Source: Patescibacteria group bacterium (GTDB taxonomy: Bacteria; Patescibacteriota; Patescibacteriia; Patescibacteriales; UBA12465). Taken from it: a DNA stretch of 64,000 bases. The notes below the pieces were generated by a model, which was not told the origin of the DNA, ran no database searches, and saw nothing but the letters and a program-made list of their open reading frames with translations. The position numbers were made by a program, and so were the translations under genes. Each line of letters begins with the position of its first letter. The first letter of the stretch is position 1. The stretch spans positions 9,147 to 73,146 of the forward strand of contig JBAZZR010000002.1 of assembly GCA_041658665.1 (NCBI GenBank), read 5' to 3'. Positions 29,640-38,798 of this stretch are shown in pieces.

Positions 29640-30891
29640 AATTTTTAAGCAAGCTCGCTATCGTCAAGAGACGATTATATTTAACAATTCGTTCGCCGCG
29701 GCTTGGCGCGCCGGCTTTAATATAATCGGCGTTAAGCGCCACTGCTAAATCCGCTAAAAAGTCATCGTTAGTTTCTCCGCTACTGTGCGATAAAATAACT
29801 TTATAATTATGCTTTTGCGCTAATTGACAACAGCTAATAATTTCCGTTAAAGTCCCGATTTGCAAAGGTTTGATAACAATACTATTGGCGGCTTTCTCTT
29901 TTAAGCCCTCCCGCAGACGGTGAATATTAGAAGCAAAGACATCGCCGGCGGCAATAATCATTTTCTGATTAAATTCGGCGGTTAATTCCCGCCAAGCGCT
30001 CCAGTCCTCATCCGCTAAAGCATCTTCTAAATAACTAAGGGGATATTTTTTAAGCCACTCCTCATAAAGACCGACTAAATTAGCGGCGCTAAAATAAGCG
30101 TTATCGAGAGCAAAAAGATATTTATGGCTACTTTCTTCATATAATATAGAAGAACCAATATTAAGGCCTAAGCTAAAGTCGACTCCCGGCTGACGCCCTA
30201 CTCTCGTTCCGGCGGCTAAAATAAATTCTAGAGCTTCAATACTCGAATCGAGATCAGGTGCGTAACCACCCTCCGAACCAGTGTCCGTGTCGTAACCCGA
30301 CTCGTCTAAAACATCGCCTAATTCTTGAAAAATTTCGGAACCAAGTCGTAACATTTCTGAAAAATCCGATTTTTTAGGAATAATTAAAAATTCCTGAAAA
30401 TCTAAATTAGTGTCGCCGTAACGGCCGCCGTTAAAAAGACAAAAAATCGGAATCGGAATTCGAGGCGACGACAAAGCAAAGATCTTATTCAAATAAACAA
30501 ACAATTCTTGTTTGGCGTTTTGAGCGCCCGCCCGCGCACAAGCTACGGAAACCGCTAAAATAGTATTCGCTCCTAAATTATGTTTATCAGGCGTCCCGTC
30601 TAAATCCAGTAGAATTTGATCAAGCGCCGCTTGATCATCAATTTTTTTCCCTACTAAAGCCGTCGTGATTAAATCTTCAACTTTTTGGCTAGCAAGCCGC
30701 ATCCCTTGCCCGCCATAACGCTTCTTATCGCCGTCCCGTAATTCTCGAGCGGCATAAGGCGCAACGAAAACGCTGCTGGGCGAACTGGCAATCGCACTAA
30801 TTCCGTTATCGAGAACGACGGTCACAGCGATCGTTGGAAAACCTCGCGAATCTAAAATTTCTTGAGCCAATAATTTTTTTATTTTAGCCAT
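29623..30891 (-). CDS. eno: enolase (divergent)
   Basis: ILDSRGFPT, QEFLIIP, IKPLQIGTLTE, SHSSGETND and IKAGAPSRGERIVKYNRLL motifs. Confidence 0.8.
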   Translation of the reverse strand: MAKIKKLLAQEILDSRGFPTIAVTVVLDNGISAIASSPSSVFVAPYAARELRDGDKKRYGGQGMRLASQKVEDLITTALVGKKIDDQAALDQILLDLDGTPDKHNLGANTILAVSVACARAGAQNAKQELFVYLNKIFALSSPRIPIPIFCLFNGGRYGDTNLDFQEFLIIPKKSDFSEMLRLGSEIFQELGDVLDESGYDTDTGSEGGYAPDLDSSIEALEFILAAGTRVGRQPGVDFSLGLNIGSSILYEESSHKYLFALDNAYFSAANLVGLYEEWLKKYPLSYLEDALADEDWSAWRELTAEFNQKMIIAAGDVFASNIHRLREGLKEKAANSIVIKPLQIGTLTEIISCCQLAQKHNYKVILSHSSGETNDDFLADLAVALNADYIKAGAPSRGERIVKYNRLLTIASLLKNYEDHK

Positions 30892-30909
30892 AAGAATATA
30901 TTTTGTTAA

Positions 30910-32082
30910 CTACTTTATTATCTGTGATAAGCCCGGCAGCGGCGCGCCCCCTAAATAAGCGAGCATCGCACCACCCGCCGTCGAAACCCAGTCGACATAT
31001 TCGGTCATCTTAGTAAGTTTTAAAGCTTCGACCGTTTCGCCGCCTCCAACGACTCCATAGGCGCGCCCCGAAGAACGGGCGGCTAGTAAACGGGCAATCA
31101 TTAAAGTGCCATTTTTAAAACTCGCTTCTTCAAATTTCCCTAAGGGACCGTTCCAAATAAGCGTCTGCGCTTTTTTAATATAAACGGCATAAGCGGCAAT
31201 AGTCGCCGGACCAATATCTAAAATGGCATCAGTCTTTTTAACCCCGTCCGGACGGACTACTTTAGCCTGTCCTTGTTTATTTTTAATAACAACGTCAAGC
31301 GGCAGGATTATTTTAGAATCTAAACGCCCCCGTTTAAAAAATTTTTTAACCTCCCCTAAACTGTCAAGGTCGCTCAAAGATCGGCCGATTTCTAATTTTT
31401 TAAACTTAAAAAAATTATTAACTAAAGCGCCGCCTAAAAGAATTTGGCTAGCAGCCGGATAAAGCCGGGCAATTAAAGAAACCTTAGTTTGTATTTTGGC
31501 GCCCCCGATAATAACCACTAGGGGCTTCTTCGGTTTTAAAACTCGCTCCAGGGCGCTGAGCTCTTGTTCTAAGAGGAGGCCGGCATAAGCCGGGAGATAT
31601 TTTTTAATAGCGGAAAGAGAGGCTTGGTTGCGATGACAGACCGCAAAAGCGTCGTTAACATAAATATCCGCGCTCGCCGCGAACGCGGCGGCCAATTTTA
31701 AATCATTAGTATATTCGCCCGCCGCAAAGCGCAAATTTTCCAACATAATAACCTCGCCTGGTTTCATTTTTCGTGTTGCCGATTCGACTAGCGAACCGCT
31801 GACAGCGGGAATAAACTTCACGGGATGCTTTAAAAGCTGACGTAATCGAACCGCAATCGGCCGGACTGAGTAAGCCACGCTAGGCTTAGTGGGTTCACCT
31901 AAATGAGTGGCAATAATAACTCGCGCCCCCTGAGCCACTAAAAAATTCAAACTAGCTAAACCAACCTTAATCTTATAGTCCTCTTTAATCTTCCCTCGAA
32001 TAATTGGCACGTTAAAATCAACTCGTAAAAATACGGTTTTCCCGGTTAAATTTTTCAATTGTCGAATAGACCTAATCTTCAT
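30910..32082 (-). CDS. pgk: phosphoglycerate kinase
   Basis: RVDFNVP, THLGEP and GGGETVEAL motifs; typical length. Confidence 0.9.
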   Translation of the reverse strand: MKIRSIRQLKNLTGKTVFLRVDFNVPIIRGKIKEDYKIKVGLASLNFLVAQGARVIIATHLGEPTKPSVAYSVRPIAVRLRQLLKHPVKFIPAVSGSLVESATRKMKPGEVIMLENLRFAAGEYTNDLKLAAAFAASADIYVNDAFAVCHRNQASLSAIKKYLPAYAGLLLEQELSALERVLKPKKPLVVIIGGAKIQTKVSLIARLYPAASQILLGGALVNNFFKFKKLEIGRSLSDLDSLGEVKKFFKRGRLDSKIILPLDVVIKNKQGQAKVVRPDGVKKTDAILDIGPATIAAYAVYIKKAQTLIWNGPLGKFEEASFKNGTLMIARLLAARSSGRAYGVVGGGETVEALKLTKMTEYVDWVSTAGGAMLAYLGGAPLPGLSQIIK

Positions 32083-32117
32083 AGTTGATACTCTATGGAA
32101 ATACCTCGATTAATATT

Positions 32118-33266
32118 TTATTGAAGCGCCTTGAGAGTTACTTCGACTGCTTGTTCTAAGCCGCCGCGTTCGTAAGTTATAGTAATTTTATCACCGGCTC
32201 GATAAGCTGATAATAAATCTGCTAAATCATTAACATCATCAATTTTTTGATTATTAATCCAGGTAATTACATCACCGGCTTTAAGGCCGGCTGCACTCGC
32301 CGCGCCCCCCTTAACAACCGCCGCTTCACTAGCCGTCGAATAAAGCCAGGCCCCTTTATCTAAATTAACCGCGGCGGTCTTAATCTGACTTAAGTCTAAA
32401 TAATGAACGCCTAAAGAAGGCCGCTGGACCGAGTTATTAGTCGGCAAGAAATTCGCCAAATAATTATAAGAGAAAGCCGGGATAAGTTCCCGCTGATCGC
32501 TAATCACCGCAGCCAAATTACCGGCCAAATCAAAAACAAAAGAATTCTTAAAATTATTATCCCCCGCCCCCGCTAAACCCAAACGCGCCGCCGGGTAATC
32601 ACTGCTTAAAACATCCGGGCTCTTACTCAAGGAAGAAATAGCCGTCGGCCAAATATTATTAAAATTATCAATTGCCAACAAAGTTTGCCCCAAACTTAAT
32701 TCCGAACGAGGCACAATTTTTTTAATCGGTAAATTAGCCGCACCGGCTAAATGGAAAATCAGAGGATTCCCCGGAAAATTTTGCGCCGGGAGAATTTTAT
32801 CAATTTTATAAATCTGTCGATCACCGCTAATCGCGACATAATTTTTAAGCTTAAAATCAACTTTTAATTCTTGCGGCGCTAAAGCAATGGCCCAACCGTC
32901 GGTCGTCATAATAAAACCCACAAACAGTGGCTCGCTTAAACGATAGTAATCGGCTTTTTGAGAATCTTTATTCGCGCTCGGCGCTAATTCTTTAAAAATT
33001 CGAACAAAGATCGGTTTTAAGCCGGCTAAAGTTTCGGTAATTTTTAAATCTTGACTCACGATCACGTTTTTAGGATCACGAATGATAAAATCTGAGCCTC
33101 GGGCTTTTAAATCATTTAAGTTCAGCTCGCCGGAATAACTGGACGAATTAGTCGATAAATAAGCGCTAATCCAAACTCCGCTTAAAGAGCCCGCCGTCAG
33201 GCCGCAAGCGAGCGCCAATAAAACTACGATCCAAAAACGGGTATCAATAGAAAATTTATTAGTCAT
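32118..33266 (-). CDS. membrane-anchored PDZ-domain protein with an HtrA-like but apparently non-catalytic body
   Basis: N-terminal TM helix and C-terminal PDZ (GLKAGDVITWINNQKIDDVNDLADLL). No GNSGG-type serine motif found. Confidence 0.55.
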   Translation of the reverse strand: MTNKFSIDTRFWIVVLLALACGLTAGSLSGVWISAYLSTNSSSYSGELNLNDLKARGSDFIIRDPKNVIVSQDLKITETLAGLKPIFVRIFKELAPSANKDSQKADYYRLSEPLFVGFIMTTDGWAIALAPQELKVDFKLKNYVAISGDRQIYKIDKILPAQNFPGNPLIFHLAGAANLPIKKIVPRSELSLGQTLLAIDNFNNIWPTAISSLSKSPDVLSSDYPAARLGLAGAGDNNFKNSFVFDLAGNLAAVISDQRELIPAFSYNYLANFLPTNNSVQRPSLGVHYLDLSQIKTAAVNLDKGAWLYSTASEAAVVKGGAASAAGLKAGDVITWINNQKIDDVNDLADLLSAYRAGDKITITYERGGLEQAVEVTLKALQ

Positions 33267-33285
33267 AAAATATTTAAAGAATTAA

Positions 33286-34044
33286 TTATAACCAGCGCGC
33301 AGTGAGTAGTAAACCGATAAATAAAAGTAAACTAGCTATTAGAGGTAATTTAAGCGACTGCCTATTTAGTTGGCCCCGGCGCTCCAAGCGGATGATGGTT
33401 AAATCTAAATAATAGGCGAGAGCTAAAAATAAGGCGAGAATATTAAAATTAAGCGGTAATAAGGAAAAAGCCCAGGCGAGTTCAGTGAGAATTAAAACAT
33501 TAATACCGATTACGCTCTGACTCGGCCAAGCGCTTCCCGGTTTGAAAGATTTAAAATGAAACAATAAAAGGGCAATCACTAACGCCACGCTTAACAGCAT
33601 CAGCCATAAAGATAAATTAAAAAAAGTCGGTAAGATAAATAAAACGGCCGCCGTCGCAAAAACCACTAAAAAGCTGCCGGCAATACCTAAATTATCTAAT
33701 TTGTTGGACCACTGGGCTTCTTCCTGGTAATTAGCATAGTAATAGACCGCCCGCAAATAAATAAACAAAAAACTAAAAATCAAAAGAAACCCTAACTGAA
33801 TCCAAAAATAACCAATAATCACTGAAGTATAAGCAGCAAAACTAATAAAAAATAAAAGCGGCAAAATCATAAATAACAGCCAGTTAATCTTATTCGGCGG
33901 ACCAATATATTTAAGAGCTAAAACAATTAACAAGGCGCCTAAAGCTAAGGCGGAATAAAAAAAGGCCGGCACTCTTAAAAAAAGTTCACAAAGTAATAAA
34001 ACTAGTACGGGGACAATGATAGGAATTAAACGTTGATATTTCAT
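33286..34044 (-). CDS. polytopic membrane protein (hypothetical)
   Basis: 252-aa ORF with about 7 hydrophobic helices. Confidence 0.45.
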   Translation of the reverse strand: MKYQRLIPIIVPVLVLLLCELFLRVPAFFYSALALGALLIVLALKYIGPPNKINWLLFMILPLLFFISFAAYTSVIIGYFWIQLGFLLIFSFLFIYLRAVYYYANYQEEAQWSNKLDNLGIAGSFLVVFATAAVLFILPTFFNLSLWLMLLSVALVIALLLFHFKSFKPGSAWPSQSVIGINVLILTELAWAFSLLPLNFNILALFLALAYYLDLTIIRLERRGQLNRQSLKLPLIASLLLFIGLLLTARWL

Positions 34045-34047
34045 AAA

Positions 34048-36339
34048 TTATGGTTGGCTAGAAGTAGCGAGTAAAGCCGGATCATCGCCGGGAGGCGGGG
34101 GCGCAGTAGCCCCGGCCATATCCTCGGGTATAGTCGGAGTACTAGTAGGAGCGGCCGGTGTCTCGATTAAATAATCATTACCGCGCGTCGTCAACTCGAG
34201 ACTTTTAGTTTCGTCTAATTGAGCCAAAGAACTAATCTTCAAAAATTTATTAGAAAAACTAATAAAATTATCATTAAAATATAAAACACGTTTAACGGCA
34301 TTATCATAATAATCAAGCCCGGCCCAAGAATCAAATTGACCAAAATGTCCGCCGGCGGAATGATCGACTCGGCCTTTTAACTGTAAATGATCAGCCTCTG
34401 AAGAAAATACTAACGAACCGGCAAAGCTTAAACGTCCTTTAGAGTCGTGTAAAGTAGTCGGGAAAGATAATAAATTTTTATCCAACGAGTAGGCAAAGGC
34501 TTGATGGTCGCCGAAAGTTAAAGAACCACTAGCGGCATCGCCGATTAAAAAACTGTCCAGTTCTTTCGGCTTAGCTAAATCACTAAAATCAAATAAAGTT
34601 AATTTTAAACCTTTTATCTTCTGACTACTGCTCGCTTGACCCTCTAGCTCATAACCGAGACTAATTAATTTATTACCGCTAGCATCAGCCGGATAGAGAT
34701 AATTAGCTAAGCCATTAATTTTTAAAGCCCCTAAGACGGCCGGCTTAGTCGGATCAGCCATATTAATAACAAATAACGGGCTAGTAGTTTTCGCCGCCAC
34801 TAAATAAGCTCGGTTACCGATAAAACGAACATTAACAATTTTTTCTGTCGTCGCTAAATTTTCTAAGCTACCAATAGTTTTTAAATTTTTATCCAAAATA
34901 TAAATACTGCTATAAAAATCAGTAGCGCCGGCCAGCGCCGCGGGATAACTAGAATTTAAAGTCGCGACACTTAAATATTCTCCGTTCTCGTCGAGAGAAA
35001 ATTGATTTAATAAATGACCATTAATCTCGCCCTTAGCCCGATATTCTAATTTATTATTGTTCAAGGCAAACTTATAAAGACTTAGTTTATCGACTGACTT
35101 CAGCTGTTCGCTAAGCCGGTCGCCGAAATCCGCCTCGACCGCTAAATCCAGCGGCGCACGATCGTCCGCCGTTAGCGATTCTAAATAACCATTAATAATT
35201 AGAGCAACTTTTATTTTCTTCTCCCGATTATTTAAAACAAAACCGGGGGTCGCCTCTATTTTAGTAATTTTTTCCTGATCACTAGCGCTTAGTTTAGAAT
35301 ATACGACGGCGCGCGCTGCTTGCCTCTCTAAATCATATTCTTCAATATTAGGAGTATAACTAATATAAATATTATCCGAAGCAATATAAATATCTTGACC
35401 ACGGTCTAAAAGAAAAGCTTGGCCGCTCAAAGGTTCAGAATTATTAGTAATGTTTATCATCGCGATATTAGCGAAACGATAGGCCGTATAAGCGATATCA
35501 AAATAATAAACTTCGGGGACGAAACATTTCGCTACACCGGAGCATTTCTCGGGTAAAACTTGGCCGCTTTCAACTAGACGCGGCGTCAAAGTTTCACCGG
35601 CGATATAATTACTCTGGGTGCTAGTTAAAAAATAAACATAATCACCGACTAAGCGCGCCTCCTGATAAATACCCTCAAAGCTTAAATCTCGTAGCAACTG
35701 CGGATTAGCCGGATCCGTGACATCAAAAACTTTAAAAAAAGTATAAGGATTCTGACGTCGAAAACTTTGATAAAAATTCTGATCGGCGATCTGATTATCG
35801 TTACCAAAAATAGCTATCACATTACCCGCTAAAAATAAGCCGGTCGGTCGCGATTTAAAAACTATCCGGCTAATAATACTAGCGCTGGCGGCCGGCGCAG
35901 TCTTAGTAATAATCAGCTCGTCTTTAGCTAAAGCATAAGTGTAATTGCCATTAGTCTTAATTAAATCGGCCCGCTGAGCACCCGACGGTAAATTAGTAGT
36001 ATAGTCTAAATAGTTTTCTTGAGTGCTCAGTTCTGTTGACGCTAATAGAGGCGTCAGAGATCCGCTTAAGGCCGCTTTCTGAATTTTTATTTCTGAGCTG
36101 AGTTCTCCTTCGGAATTATTATTATCGGCCAAAAAACTAGCCAATTCTTCTAAACCATTAAATTTTTTTAAACCATTAGTATAGACTACTGGGGCGGCCG
36201 GACTTATTTCTGGACTGACCGTTTGGCTGGCGGGCGCCGGGGAATCTTTTTTAGCCCAAGGCCAAGACCACGAACAAGCGCTAGTCAAAAAAATAATCCC
36301 GACCAACAGAAAAGATAGTTTGATAAATTTAGTAGACAT
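34048..36339 (-). CDS. secreted lipoprotein with a C-terminal beta-propeller domain (COG4880-like)
   Basis: Lipobox LTSAC. The ADLIKTNGNYTYAL motif resembles the family hallmark. Long beta-rich body and a Pro-rich tail. Confidence 0.55.
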   Translation of the reverse strand: MSTKFIKLSFLLVGIIFLTSACSWSWPWAKKDSPAPASQTVSPEISPAAPVVYTNGLKKFNGLEELASFLADNNNSEGELSSEIKIQKAALSGSLTPLLASTELSTQENYLDYTTNLPSGAQRADLIKTNGNYTYALAKDELIITKTAPAASASIISRIVFKSRPTGLFLAGNVIAIFGNDNQIADQNFYQSFRRQNPYTFFKVFDVTDPANPQLLRDLSFEGIYQEARLVGDYVYFLTSTQSNYIAGETLTPRLVESGQVLPEKCSGVAKCFVPEVYYFDIAYTAYRFANIAMINITNNSEPLSGQAFLLDRGQDIYIASDNIYISYTPNIEEYDLERQAARAVVYSKLSASDQEKITKIEATPGFVLNNREKKIKVALIINGYLESLTADDRAPLDLAVEADFGDRLSEQLKSVDKLSLYKFALNNNKLEYRAKGEINGHLLNQFSLDENGEYLSVATLNSSYPAALAGATDFYSSIYILDKNLKTIGSLENLATTEKIVNVRFIGNRAYLVAAKTTSPLFVINMADPTKPAVLGALKINGLANYLYPADASGNKLISLGYELEGQASSSQKIKGLKLTLFDFSDLAKPKELDSFLIGDAASGSLTFGDHQAFAYSLDKNLLSFPTTLHDSKGRLSFAGSLVFSSEADHLQLKGRVDHSAGGHFGQFDSWAGLDYYDNAVKRVLYFNDNFISFSNKFLKISSLAQLDETKSLELTTRGNDYLIETPAAPTSTPTIPEDMAGATAPPPPGDDPALLATSSQP

Positions 36340-36411
36340 AAACTAAAAAATTAACACTAAAAATTTTAGAATTACCTTTATATTATAACATAAATTATAT
36401 CACAAATCAGC

Positions 36412-37137
36412 CTATTTGATAATGACAGTCGTACCAGTCGCTACTCGGTCAAAAAGATATTTAGCGTCACCGACTCCTAAGCGAATACAACCATGAGAAA
36501 CGGCTTGGCCTAAATGATTCGCCCCTTCGCGATAACCACCCGGCCAAATCGGTAATTCATGAATACCAAATTCCCCGCGATTAAGACCGAGCCAATAAGG
36601 CATCCATAATTTATAAGTTTTCGACCAAGCCTTCGACGATTTATTAATTACCGTAAAATTACCGCGCGGCGTCGGCATACTCGGTTTACCGGTTGAAACT
36701 ACCATCTTCTTCCAGGCTTGGCCAGCAATAAAATAAGTTAATTGTTGTTTCTTGGTATCGATTTCAATCCGGGGGACTAATTTTTTAGTTGAAGAAGATA
36801 GGGGATTATAAAGAGAATCAAGCTCTTCTTTATCTTTAAAGCCATCCCCGTCGGAATCCGGATCTAAAGGATTAGTTTTAAATTTTAGCTCCCAATAATC
36901 GCTTAAGCCATCGCTATCGGCATCACTTTTTTCTAATTTAAGCGGTCGCGAATTAAAAGGTGAATAATTATTTTTAAGTTCTAACTGATCAGAATAACCG
37001 TCACCGTCCGTATCAATATTATCTGAGTCACTCGCTAAAAGAGGCTGGGCCGAAAAAACAAAAAATAACAACATTATTATAAATTTTGCATAATCTAATT
37101 TTAAATAACCTAATTTTGAATTTATCGACCTACTCAT
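36412..37137 (-). CDS. L,D-transpeptidase (YkuD) with N-terminal thrombospondin-type-3-like Ca-binding repeats
   Basis: Repeats DTDGDGYSD, DADSDGLSD and DPDSDGDGFKD; catalytic SHGCIRL. Confidence 0.85.
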   Translation of the reverse strand: MSRSINSKLGYLKLDYAKFIIMLLFFVFSAQPLLASDSDNIDTDGDGYSDQLELKNNYSPFNSRPLKLEKSDADSDGLSDYWELKFKTNPLDPDSDGDGFKDKEELDSLYNPLSSSTKKLVPRIEIDTKKQQLTYFIAGQAWKKMVVSTGKPSMPTPRGNFTVINKSSKAWSKTYKLWMPYWLGLNRGEFGIHELPIWPGGYREGANHLGQAVSHGCIRLGVGDAKYLFDRVATGTTVIIK

Positions 37138-38768
37138 AGTTTAAGAGAACAATAATATTCACAACCGCAAAACTTTTGACGATAAAGACCAAGCTCTTTG
37201 GCTAAGTCCTGGCTAAGGCGGTAAGCGTTGTCAGCTTGAAAATCTTCGTCTAAAAAAGTTACCGCGTGAAGACCAGCAATTTCGCGGCTAATCGCTTTAA
37301 TCGCGGCGGCGTCCTTATAAGGACTAACTAATAAAGTAGTGCTAAAATAATCAAATTTCTCCTGGCTCGCGAGACGTCCCGTTGCCTCTAACCGGTCGCG
37401 ATAACAAATGCGGCAGCGCTCTCCTCGCTCGGCGTCAGCCGCCCGACCACTCGTTTTAGTCTGCCAAGCGCTATGTTCATAAGGCTCAATTAATAAACTA
37501 AAATTAAATTTCGCCGCCATCGCCTTAACCGCTGCTAAACGTTTTTCGTATTCTTCTAAAGAAGCTAAATTAGGATTATAAAAATACCAGGTTATAGAAA
37601 AACGAGACGCTAAACGATACTGACTAATATAAGTACCACAAGGGGCACAACAAATATGTAGAAGTAAAGTTTTTTTCAAATTAGGCGCCCCGTCGTTATC
37701 ACTACGAGTTCTGACCAGATTTTTCCTCGCCTGGCGCTGACGATCGAAAGCCCAAAAACCAATAACTAGTAAAAGCATAATCACGACGAGAACTAAAAGC
37801 GCTAAAAATTTTCCCCGACTTTGTAAAAAGAGTCCGCTCAAACCGAACACTAAAGACAAAATATAAAAAATTGAAACGGTCTGACGTTGGCTTAAGCCCA
37901 AATTAAGTAACCGGTGATGCAAATGTTCACGATCCGCGAAACGGAAAGGATTTTTTCCTAAGCTTAAACGGCGCATAATAGTCCAAACAACATCTAAAAT
38001 AGGAATACCCATAATCAGAAGAGCGATCGCGATCTTGGCTCCCGAAATAATCGCCAAAACGCCTAAGATATAACCTAAAAGAAGCGATCCTCCTTCGCCT
38101 AAAAAAATCTTAGCCGGATGCCAATTCCAAATTAAAAATCCTAAAGACGCTCCCGATAGAAGAATCGCGGCGAAAGCAATATCCGGCTGATAATAACGAG
38201 TAGTTAGAGTAAACAAAAAAATAATAAAACCGCCAATGGCGACTATCCCCGAAACTAAACCATCAACACCGTCTAAAAGCTTAGTCGTATACATCATTCC
38301 TAACAGCCAAAGACTAATGATAATAGGCGAGATAAAGAATAAAGAACGAAGATCAAGTAGCCCGCCTAACGGATTACTGAGCCGAACAATTTCTACTCCC
38401 CCGCCAATAACAGCGATAATCGCTAGTAGGGGAAAAATAATCTGACGCTGCGGCGCTAAGTTATAACGGTCGTCTAAAATGCCGCCAATACTAATAATTA
38501 AAGCGCCACCAAAAAAACCTAGTAAGTGAGACCACTCCAAATTTCCCGCCAAAAAATGCCGACTAAATAAAAACAATAAAATAAAATAGGCGCTAAAAAT
38601 AGCCAGGCCGCCTAAAAGCGGCGTCGCTTGAGTATGGATTTTTCTTCCTTGCGAAGGATTAGAATCTGGCCGATCTAAAACTTGCCAATAAAAAGCGAGC
38701 TGGCGGACGCCAGCACTGAGGAGCGCCGTTAAAACTAAAGCGGCTAAAAAAATTAAAAAATAAAACAT
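37134..38768 (-). CDS. GT4 (MraY/WecA-family) polyprenyl-phosphate sugar-phosphate transferase fused to epoxyqueuosine reductase QueH (DUF208)
   Basis: About 340 aa of 10-11 TM WecA-like sequence (DDRYNL, TTKLLDGVDGL). Then LLLHICCAPCG...FYNPNL...RCRICYRDRLE...LVSPYK...LGLYRQKFCGCEY, the QueH signature. Confidence 0.8.
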   Translation of the reverse strand: MFYFLIFLAALVLTALLSAGVRQLAFYWQVLDRPDSNPSQGRKIHTQATPLLGGLAIFSAYFILLFLFSRHFLAGNLEWSHLLGFFGGALIISIGGILDDRYNLAPQRQIIFPLLAIIAVIGGGVEIVRLSNPLGGLLDLRSLFFISPIIISLWLLGMMYTTKLLDGVDGLVSGIVAIGGFIIFLFTLTTRYYQPDIAFAAILLSGASLGFLIWNWHPAKIFLGEGGSLLLGYILGVLAIISGAKIAIALLIMGIPILDVVWTIMRRLSLGKNPFRFADREHLHHRLLNLGLSQRQTVSIFYILSLVFGLSGLFLQSRGKFLALLVLVVIMLLLVIGFWAFDRQRQARKNLVRTRSDNDGAPNLKKTLLLHICCAPCGTYISQYRLASRFSITWYFYNPNLASLEEYEKRLAAVKAMAAKFNFSLLIEPYEHSAWQTKTSGRAADAERGERCRICYRDRLEATGRLASQEKFDYFSTTLLVSPYKDAAAIKAISREIAGLHAVTFLDEDFQADNAYRLSQDLAKELGLYRQKFCGCEYYCSLKL

Positions 38769-38798
38769 GCCCGGAAAAAAATAAAAATAACCAAATAA

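Noticed and set aside
37134-37136. Possible alternative genetic code (UGA recoding, as in some candidate phyla)
   Set aside because: tRNA-Trp has anticodon CCA. TGA terminates the GT4-QueH gene exactly where the QueH homology ends. All other ORFs close normally with TAA or TAG.
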